Virus record (IMG/VR): IMGVR_UViG_3300005326_000102
Location: 1-31,410 of that record
Strand: one strand, 5' to 3'
DNA from: a virus
Taxonomy: Duplodnaviria > Caudoviricetes
Length of the DNA stretch: 31,410 nt
Shown: in pieces, positions 25,761-31,410 of the stretch
How the letters are laid out: each line of letters begins with the position of its first letter
Numbering within the stretch: the first letter of the stretch is position 1
Translations under genes and position numbers: made by a program
The notes under the pieces: model-generated
What the model saw: only the letters and a program-made list of their open reading frames with translations
The model's database searches: none
Told to the model about the DNA's origin: nothing

Positions 25761-26213
25761 ATGAAAAAACTCTTACTTGCATTATGCAGCGTCTTGCTGT
25801 TTAGCTCGACGGGGTGGGGGGCGGAGTTTTTAGTTATTGCAAAACGTCACTGGTCATATAAAGCCAGCATGAGCGTTGAGGAGCAAGCGGAGTATGACAA
25901 ACAGTATCAGGTCGGCGACATTGTGCAAGTTTTCCCCGACGGTAAATTAAGCGATAATGCGACTGCCGGGGGGAAATTTTATGTTGTGCGCGTTAGCGGA
26001 CTGGCCTATGACACGGCATTGAAATATCACGAGCAATGGATTGAAAGAAACGGAGAGGAAACAATTTTCATCAAGCGACGTAAATTCCGAATCCGGGCCA
26101 CTGAGTTACCAGCATCAGTTAAAAACCAGCTGCAAACAACCGGCGTCTATAACACGACATGGACAGCGGTTAAATCTTATATCAGAAATAATGTGACGGG
26201 GCTAGACGAATGA
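25761..26213 (+). CDS. exported hypothetical protein (possible fibre partner)
   Basis: MKKLLLALCSVLLFSSTGWG|A signal-like N-terminus; lies between two fibre-like genes. Confidence 0.75.
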   Translation: MKKLLLALCSVLLFSSTGWGAEFLVIAKRHWSYKASMSVEEQAEYDKQYQVGDIVQVFPDGKLSDNATAGGKFYVVRVSGLAYDTALKYHEQWIERNGEETIFIKRRKFRIRATELPASVKNQLQTTGVYNTTWTAVKSYIRNNVTGLDE

Positions 26214-27247
26214 GAAAAATATTATTATCAGCTTTGTTGGTGTGCTCTCTTTGCTCGCCGGTAATGGCGGCGACGATAACCAGATACGTTAATCCGGGGT
26301 CATCCGGAGGTGACGGAACTACTAGCGCCACTAGCGGGGCTAACGCGGCCTATGCGTCGTGTAATGCTTGGGAAGCAGCGGAGCAAACTAACCTAGATAC
26401 TGCAAACAATATCATGCTGGTTTATGCGGCTGGGACGACAGCGGACACAACCGCCTGCGCTATTAGCGGGTGGACAACGTCCGCTACCGATTACATAGAT
26501 TTCCGGGGCGATAATACGTCGGGGAAGCTCGACGCGGGTAAGTATCGACTTACGGGCATAGCTTCGGATGCTATGAACATTGGCTCAACAAATGTGCGCG
26601 TTTCAAACGTGGCGATCGAAACACCGTGGAATGGGTACGAATGTTTTGACTTAACCGGATGGAATGGGAACTATCAAATCCACGATAACGTCTGCAAATC
26701 TGGCGGCGGTCAGGGGATTAATGTTGGGTACGGGGTAAGCGCCAAAATTTGGAATAACGTCATATACGAATGTAACGGCACGGGAATCAGGAACGCGGCG
26801 ACGCACGCTAATGAAAACGTCGTGGCTGCATACAGCAACACGCTCATCGGGAATGGCGTCGGGATGGCTGATTCTCATGGTCACGTAACCGCAAAAAACA
26901 ATATCGCGTATAACAACACCACTGATTACTCCGGCACTTTTGCTGCCGCGTCAACGCACAATTTGTCAAAAGATACCACGGCCCCAGCGTTAAATACCTA
27001 CTACGTCAGCAAAACGCTCACTTTCGTTAACGCCGCAGGGGATGACTATCACCTCGCTTCTGGCGACACCGACGCCATTGATATGGGGACAGCCACTTCA
27101 GGAGAATCGGCCCCGCTAAACTTTACCACCGACATCGACGGCACTACCCGCAGCGGCACCTGGGACATCGGGGCGGATGAGTATGTGAGCGCGGAGCCGA
27201 CGCCGACGCCAACGCCGGGACGCCAGAGGATACTGCTAATTCAATGA
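26210..27247 (+). CDS. exported right-handed beta-helix (pectin-lyase-like) protein, possible tailspike/adhesin
   Basis: Signal MRKILLSALLVCSLCSPVMA|A; IWNNVIY, YSNTL, KNNIAYNN repeats; DYHL...DIDG..R...WDIGADE; PTPTPTP linker. Confidence 0.8.
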   Translation: MRKILLSALLVCSLCSPVMAATITRYVNPGSSGGDGTTSATSGANAAYASCNAWEAAEQTNLDTANNIMLVYAAGTTADTTACAISGWTTSATDYIDFRGDNTSGKLDAGKYRLTGIASDAMNIGSTNVRVSNVAIETPWNGYECFDLTGWNGNYQIHDNVCKSGGGQGINVGYGVSAKIWNNVIYECNGTGIRNAATHANENVVAAYSNTLIGNGVGMADSHGHVTAKNNIAYNNTTDYSGTFAAASTHNLSKDTTAPALNTYYVSKTLTFVNAAGDDYHLASGDTDAIDMGTATSGESAPLNFTTDIDGTTRSGTWDIGADEYVSAEPTPTPTPGRQRILLIQ

Positions 27248-27336
27248 TTCCCCCCACCGCCGAAATCCTAATCTGTTCAACGGCCTGTCTTGGCAGCGTG
27301 GCGTTGTTTCTGGCGGCGGTCGGATGGAAGATTTAA
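27244..27336 (+). CDS. tiny hydrophobic peptide (30 aa)
   Basis: MIPPTAEILICSTACLGSVALFLAAVGWKI; ATGA and TAATG coupling. Confidence 0.4.
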   Translation: MIPPTAEILICSTACLGSVALFLAAVGWKI

Positions 27337-27503
27337 TGGAAATTTACAAGGACGGGAAGATCAAGGCGTTTGTTAGTGACGGGTTGACGGTGTGGGTTGG
27401 AAGTTCATGCACGGTGTTTGAAGATAGGGACGAAATGGTTAGCTATCGTAACATCTTAACTCAAATAATCGACAACGGGGGGAAGGGAAATGGCGCCACC
27501 TAA
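27336..27503 (+). CDS. small hypothetical protein (55 aa)
   Basis: Hand translation MEIYKDGKIKAFVSDG...GNGAT; translationally coupled. Confidence 0.5.
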   Translation: MEIYKDGKIKAFVSDGLTVWVGSSCTVFEDRDEMVSYRNILTQIIDNGGKGNGAT

Positions 27504-27729
27504 AGCGGAAGCATGGCCGCATGAATGTCTGCACGAGGTTGACTGGTCAGTCGTTAAGAACGACCTTGCGAATATTAGCAAACACTTTAAGGATAACGGT
27601 GAATTGAGTATGCCAAGCAAGGTCAAGCTATTGTGGGAAGATCGCACGTCGAGAAGAAGATTTATTGAGGGAACATCGACGTGGGCTTTCCGTGGGGTTG
27701 TTCTTTGGCTGTTAACGCAGAGGGGCTAA
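27490..27729 (+). CDS. small protein with C-terminal hydrophobic tail
   Basis: 79 aa, helical then WAFRGVVLWLL; typical of lysis-region genes. Confidence 0.6.
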   Translation: MAPPKAEAWPHECLHEVDWSVVKNDLANISKHFKDNGELSMPSKVKLLWEDRTSRRRFIEGTSTWAFRGVVLWLLTQRG

Positions 27730-27731
27730 CA

Positions 27732-27836
27732 ATGACACAATCCGTCTGGTGCGATAGCTGTAAGGTATGGGTCGAAGTTGAACAAGGCCATAGTGTATGG
27801 CGATGTCCAATCTGCGGGGAGGTTATTTATGGATGA
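27732..27836 (+). CDS. zinc-ribbon micro-protein (34 aa)
   Basis: MTQSVWCDSCKVWVEVEQGHSVWRCPICGEVIYG; two CxxC motifs. Confidence 0.6.
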   Translation: MTQSVWCDSCKVWVEVEQGHSVWRCPICGEVIYG

Positions 27837-28020
27837 GAAGTTCGTTGACGATCTGATGTATTACTTCGGCGGGTACGTTAAGAAAGCGTACGCGGTAGAT
27901 AACGACCTTGACCGGCTGTTGGCGGCCCGGTGTGTTGTGATGGAGCGGTTTCGGCATTTAATCCAAGCGGCGAGAGGAGCGGAAAATGCACGAGTTCGGC
28001 AAGAAATTAATGTCGGGTAG
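27829..28020 (+). CDS. small hypothetical protein
   Basis: ATG 27829 after GGAGG; same frame as the track's 27778 ORF. Confidence 0.55.
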   Translation: MDEKFVDDLMYYFGGYVKKAYAVDNDLDRLLAARCVVMERFRHLIQAARGAENARVRQEINVG

Positions 28021-28165
28021 ATTTTTGTTCACCGTAGTAACAGCTGTTGTTTTTGGTTGGATGTCTATTACAGGAAAACTTCCTGCGGATAAAGTATCAG
28101 AGGTTATCCTTTTAGTGATATATGCGTATTTTAATCGAGCAAGGTCAACGGAGGTTACGAAATGA
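27986..28165 (+). CDS. putative holin (2 TM, 59 aa)
   Basis: MHEFGKKLMSGRFLFTVVTAVVFGWMSITGKLPADKVSEVILLVIYAYFNRARSTEVTK; AGGAG RBS; basic ends flank two hydrophobic segments. Confidence 0.6.
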   Translation: MHEFGKKLMSGRFLFTVVTAVVFGWMSITGKLPADKVSEVILLVIYAYFNRARSTEVTK

Positions 28166-28590
28166 AAAAGTTTTTAATGTTAGCTGTAATGCTTTTTTTA
28201 TGCGCTGGGTATGCAAACGCTCAAGAAGAAAAAAAGTTTAGCGGGTTGTTAGACAAGGTTAGCTGGAAGCAGGGAGTTGCTTGGTCGCTGCAAGAAAGCA
28301 CGATGAATGCGTTAAGCACCGTCGAGATTATTAAATTCGAGAAATACGTTAAGGGCCTTACCTTCGAGGTGGGAACAGCTGGTGACGGTGATGATTCCGA
28401 CTGGAAGCTCGTGGTCGTTATGTCCTATCCGCTGTTAAACCTCAAGGAAAAAGGCGTAACAATCCCTATTCTTGATTTGGTTGACGCCAACGTTGGCGCT
28501 TGGTTCGGTGCTGGACATTTAAATAAAGACATGATGAATAGTCGTTCGGATTACGGAGTTAGCCTTTCGCTTCTTAACTTTAAATGGTAA
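28162..28590 (+). CDS. exported protein, possibly outer-membrane beta-stranded
   Basis: Signal ending ANA|Q; alternating amphipathic strands; ends YGVSLSLLNFKW with a terminal aromatic residue. Confidence 0.75.
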   Translation: MKKFLMLAVMLFLCAGYANAQEEKKFSGLLDKVSWKQGVAWSLQESTMNALSTVEIIKFEKYVKGLTFEVGTAGDGDDSDWKLVVVMSYPLLNLKEKGVTIPILDLVDANVGAWFGAGHLNKDMMNSRSDYGVSLSLLNFKW

Positions 28591-28599
28591 GGGGTCAAT

Positions 28600-28731
28600 A
28601 TGAATATCTTGGCTAAAATTCTGGCAACGCTGACCTATCCTTTATTCTTGGGGTTGCGTCAGCCTGACCCCGACGGGAAGGACAAGGGAATTTGGGCCGA
28701 CCTGAAAGGCATTTGGACCAACAAGGAGTAG
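28600..28731 (+). CDS. small hypothetical protein (43 aa)
   Basis: MNILAKILATLTYPLFLGLRQPDPDG...; AGGGG RBS. Confidence 0.5.
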   Translation: MNILAKILATLTYPLFLGLRQPDPDGKDKGIWADLKGIWTNKE

Positions 28732-28733
28732 CC

Positions 28734-28859
28734 ATGGGCGATATTCTTAGCGAACTTGGGAAGGCGATAGATGGAGGGAATATATTGGCGGTGCTCGTCG
28801 GTGCATTAATCATGCTTCCAATGATATGGGCCGTCTGGAAAAATAAATCAGGGGGTTAA
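28734..28859 (+). CDS. small single-TM protein (41 aa)
   Basis: MGDILSELGKAIDGGNILAVLVGALIMLPMIWAVWKNKSGG; AAGGAG RBS. Confidence 0.55.
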   Translation: MGDILSELGKAIDGGNILAVLVGALIMLPMIWAVWKNKSGG

Positions 28860-28860
28860 C

Positions 28861-29061
28861 ATGGGCTGGACTTCAATCTTTGACCTACTCAACAAGTTCG
28901 TCCCCGGACGCGAAGAAAGAATCCGAAACGACATCGACAGAATCAAAGCGGAACGAGAAAGAATAATCAAACATGAACCGTCCACACTTAAAAATATTGA
29001 GCGGCTTGCTATTCTTGAGTCTGAGTTGCACACAAAAGAGCGCGCCTTACAAAATCGTTGA
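28861..29061 (+). CDS. coiled-coil protein, i-spanin-like
   Basis: Amphipathic N-terminus plus coiled coil; overlapped out of frame by a lipoprotein ORF. Confidence 0.5.
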   Translation: MGWTSIFDLLNKFVPGREERIRNDIDRIKAERERIIKHEPSTLKNIERLAILESELHTKERALQNR

Positions 29062-29161
29062 ACCTCCTAACTTAGAGTGGGGCAAGCAGGGCGATCAGCC
29101 GACGTTGCAGAATAACTATCCGTGGGTGTGTATGAGTCAAGACCGGTACTTTTCAAAATAG
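28973..29161 (+). CDS. small lipoprotein, o-spanin (Rz1)-like
   Basis: MNRPHLKILSGLLFLSLSC lipobox-like signal; Pro-containing mature part with a second Cys; overlapped gene arrangement. Confidence 0.6.
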   Translation: MNRPHLKILSGLLFLSLSCTQKSAPYKIVEPPNLEWGKQGDQPTLQNNYPWVCMSQDRYFSK

Positions 29162-29176
29162 GGGGGGTGATTTCAG

Positions 29177-29233
29177 ATGGATTCTAAAAAGAAACCTGTT
29201 GCTAAGAAGATGATCAAGAAAGGGTGTAAATAA
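29177..29233 (+). CDS. Lys-rich micro-ORF (18 aa)
   Basis: MDSKKKPVAKKMIKKGCK; GGGGGTG RBS-like sequence; abuts the next ATG. Confidence 0.4.
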   Translation: MDSKKKPVAKKMIKKGCK

Positions 29234-29704
29234 ATGAATGAACGCCGCCAAGTCAGGGATTGGGCTATTAAGATTGGGGTATGCTTCCTGTTCGCGTTCT
29301 GCTACTCAGCAGGGGGGAGCGAAGATTTTGGCGGCTTAAAAATTCTTCGCCGGTTCCTTGGGCCGCTAATTCTGAGTGCGGGCATGGGGTATTTCTCAAG
29401 GGACTGGCGAAGCCTTCCTATGATATTGCTGATGCCGTTCTCGCTGTCGCTAGGGTATGGCGGCGATCTGGAGTGGCTTAAAATCCTCAAACGGGGCGTC
29501 TACGGCCTCGCCAACGGCGTTTCCTCGGGGTGCTACGACCTACTCAACAAACGCTGGCTACTGGCTGGCTTCCAAACTCTGCTTTTAATCGCTGCTTATA
29601 TCTCCTTTGGGGTGTATAACCCCTTCGACAACGCCCGCATCGAGGAGGGGACGCTGGGTTTTCTGGTGGCGTTTATTCCGATGATGAGCGCAAGGCGGCG
29701 TTAA
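29234..29704 (+). CDS. multi-pass membrane protein
   Basis: 156 aa with several hydrophobic segments; last gene of the late operon. Confidence 0.75.
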   Translation: MNERRQVRDWAIKIGVCFLFAFCYSAGGSEDFGGLKILRRFLGPLILSAGMGYFSRDWRSLPMILLMPFSLSLGYGGDLEWLKILKRGVYGLANGVSSGCYDLLNKRWLLAGFQTLLLIAAYISFGVYNPFDNARIEEGTLGFLVAFIPMMSARRR

Positions 29705-30072
29705 ATCTGATCTTCGGGGTCTCTTCTGTAGGGAGAAAATTGCTCGTATTCAACAAGCCCTTGGAATTTTTTGTAATTATTTTGTGGCGAGTTGGAGGGA
29801 GGCTTCTTGGCCCCGGTGGGGCGGATCTCAAATGGTTGCCACCATCCGTCCTTTAAATTCCCGACAAGGGCGGCGGTAGCGATTAGAACGTCTTTGGTGG
29901 CTGGCTTTTTGTTGGATTTTAGTTGGCTAAGGTAAGATTTGGAAATACCCATAGCGTCTGCGAGGTCTTTATCTTCTTTGAAATTTTTAATTAGGCATAG
30001 ATTTTCTATAAATCCTGGCTTAAAATAAAAGTCATATTCAAGCTCGGAATCAAACTTGTCGTTTAAAGACAT
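29701..30072 (-). CDS. XRE-family HTH repressor-like regulator
   Basis: DKDLADAMGISKSYLSQLKSNK HTH; likely start at ATG 30072 after GGAG, with the track's 30210 start less likely; divergent from a strong promoter. Confidence 0.85.
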   Translation of the reverse strand: MSLNDKFDSELEYDFYFKPGFIENLCLIKNFKEDKDLADAMGISKSYLSQLKSNKKPATKDVLIATAALVGNLKDGWWQPFEIRPTGAKKPPSNSPQNNYKKFQGLVEYEQFSPYRRDPEDQI

Positions 30073-30260
30073 CCTGACTACTCCACGATTATTTTTTAAC
30101 GGAAGGTAGCTTTTGTTAATTATCCCCCAAATCTTGCCCATGAACAAAGCATGGCATAATATGGAAGTAAAATCAAGGGAATAAAAGTTAACTGGAATAA
30201 TTTTCAACAAAAAAGCAAAATTTTACTATTACCCGACGGAAAAATATTTTAATAAACCGC

Positions 30261-30289
30261 TTGACAGTTTGCAACTGGTAAACTATACT
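30261..30289 (+). promoter_or_regulatory. near-consensus sigma70 promoter with overlapping operator-like palindrome
   Basis: TTGACA (30261-66), 17 nt, TATACT (30284-89); imperfect palindrome AGTTTgcaactggtAAACT at 30266-30284. Confidence 0.85.
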
Positions 30290-30371
30290 TTAGGTATGTT
30301 AGAAATGGCGAACGGACAATTTCCCATAATATATGACATCTTAATTTTTCCAACTAGGTTGGAGATGTGCG

Positions 30372-30410
30372 AACTCTGTTTGCTTAAAGCGAACAGGGTT
30401 TTTTTATTTT
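30372..30410 (+). terminator. intrinsic terminator/attenuator in the early leader
   Basis: aactctgtttgct / agcgaacagggtt form a 13-bp stem with 2 G-U pairs, followed by a T-run. Confidence 0.75.
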
Positions 30411-30414
30411 AATC

Positions 30415-30484
30415 GGGGTTCTCTTAGGGATTGTCCGTCCCGTCCACCTAGTAACAAAAACTAGTCATAGAGAACCCCTTTTTT
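30415..30484 (+). ncRNA. candidate C4/CI-like antisense RNA (three-way junction)
   Basis: Perfect 10-bp closing stem ggggttctct/agagaacccc; inner hairpins ggga-TTGTCCG-tccc and ctagt-aacaaaa-actag; the loop is complementary to flanking GGACAA sites. Confidence 0.55.
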
Positions 30485-30509
30485 ATTAACAGAAAGGACA
30501 AAGGACAAA

Positions 30510-31001
30510 ATGACCGAGGACGAACAAACCGTATCAGATTTTGAAGAAGCGAAGAAGCGCGGGGAGCAGCTGGAGAGGCAAGGCGGTATTTTCCTTGATG
30601 ACCAGCTAGACGAGGAGTTTATCTATCTGTCTGTCTGGAAAGTTTTGGGATTGATGGTTCTGGCCGCCGCGATTCTCTGGGCGCTTCTGGGTGTTCCGGG
30701 TTGCGCGAGCGCGGAAGAAATCAACCCGCAAGCTATCGCAGATGCAATCTATATCGCGGAAGGCGGGGCAAAGACTTCCCATCCCTACGGAATCCTGGCT
30801 CACTACAAACACACCACTCCGCGTCAGGCTTGCATCAATACAATCAACCACGCGATTAAGGACTGGAACGGCAAGGAAGATTTTATTGACTTCCTCGGTA
30901 ATCGTTATGCCCCGCTGAACGTCTCTAACGACCCAACCAACCTTAACCGAAATTGGAAAAAGAACGTCCGCTTTTATTTGGCGAAACGAGGTGCGAAATG
31001 A
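30510..31001 (+). CDS. membrane-anchored lysozyme-fold protein
   Basis: TM/signal segment VWKVLGLMVLAAAILWALLG, then IADAIYIAEGG..PYGI...FLGNRYAP...NWKKNV, resembling lysozyme-like folds with a catalytic Glu. Confidence 0.6.
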   Translation: MTEDEQTVSDFEEAKKRGEQLERQGGIFLDDQLDEEFIYLSVWKVLGLMVLAAAILWALLGVPGCASAEEINPQAIADAIYIAEGGAKTSHPYGILAHYKHTTPRQACINTINHAIKDWNGKEDFIDFLGNRYAPLNVSNDPTNLNRNWKKNVRFYLAKRGAK

Positions 31002-31410
31002 ATATTGAAATACGACGTTGGGATAAAGACGAAATAATAATCTGCGGGGAGTATGAAAATGTTGCCAAGTGCATTGAAAAGAACAAAGAAAAAAGTTTTT
31101 ATCGGGCCGACCTGAGCTCTGCCGACCTGCGCTCTGCCGACCTGCGCTATGCCGACCTGAGCTATGCCGACCTGCGCTATGCCAACCTGCGCTCTGCCGA
31201 CCTGCGCTATGCCAACCTGCGCTATGCCAACCTGCGCTCTGCCGACCTGCGCTCTGCCGACCTGAGCTCTGCCGACCTGCGCTATGCCGACCTGAGCTCT
31301 GCCGACCTGCGCTATGCCGACCTGAGCTATGCCGACCTGAGCTATGCCAACCTGAGCAAAAGATATATTCAGATCGCTTGCATAGGGTCACGCAGGGGGA
31401 TGACCACTTA
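30998..31410 (+). CDS. pentapeptide-repeat protein (3'-truncated)
   Basis: MNIEIRRWD...FYR then A(D/N)L(R/S)(S/Y) x16+, then IQIACIGSRRGMTT; runs off the window, so it is not in the ORF track. Confidence 0.9.
   Translation, partial: MNIEIRRWDKDEIIICGEYENVAKCIEKNKEKSFYRADLSSADLRSADLRYADLSYADLRYANLRSADLRYANLRYANLRSADLRSADLSSADLRYADLSSADLRYADLSYADLSYANLSKRYIQIACIGSRRGMTT
31106..31357 (+). repeat. 15-bp tandem repeat, 16 full units plus a partial
   Basis: Unit gcc(g/a)acctg(a/c)gct(c/a)t. Confidence 0.95.

Noticed and set aside
31106-31357. CRISPR array or DGR variable region
   Set aside because: The units are contiguous 15-mers with no spacers. Variation is binary rather than random, and no RT, cas gene or template repeat lies in the window.
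30606-31391. 261-aa minus-strand ORF with SAGRQ/SAGWH repeats
   Set aside because: It is the antisense shadow of the plus-strand pentapeptide repeat gene, which has a proper start, RBS and coupling.
1-31410. Complete genome, terminal repeats, att sites or host assignment
   Set aside because: Both ends are truncated within genes, and no integrase, replication genes or end redundancy is seen. Only a diderm host is weakly inferred, from the spanin-like and OMP-like genes.

Overview
A large fragment of a probably temperate, podovirus-type tailed phage or prophage. Both ends break inside low-complexity coding repeats, and no replication or integrase genes are in the window. Left to right on +: small accessory genes and a GT2 glycosyltransferase; a structured late leader; terminase small and large subunits, portal, scaffold, major capsid and a Thr/Ser-rich decoration-like protein. 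A block of two GT9 glycosyltransferases, a GT2, two methyltransferase-fold proteins and a lytic transglycosylase then sits between the head and tail genes. It is followed by short-tail genes (adaptor, nozzle with a LamG insertion, fibre, GNAT), three ejection-protein-like genes with opposite-strand inserts, three fibre/beta-helix-type genes that all carry Sec signal peptides, and a lysis-like array of small membrane proteins with an overlapping spanin-like pair. The window ends with an XRE repressor (-) and a divergent near-consensus promoter whose leader contains a C4/CI-like antisense RNA fold. The most notable signals are exported, disulfide-patterned fibre proteins, a probable virion-glycosylation module, and the candidate antisense RNA switch. 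All calls come from reading motifs and synteny by eye; no searches were run.
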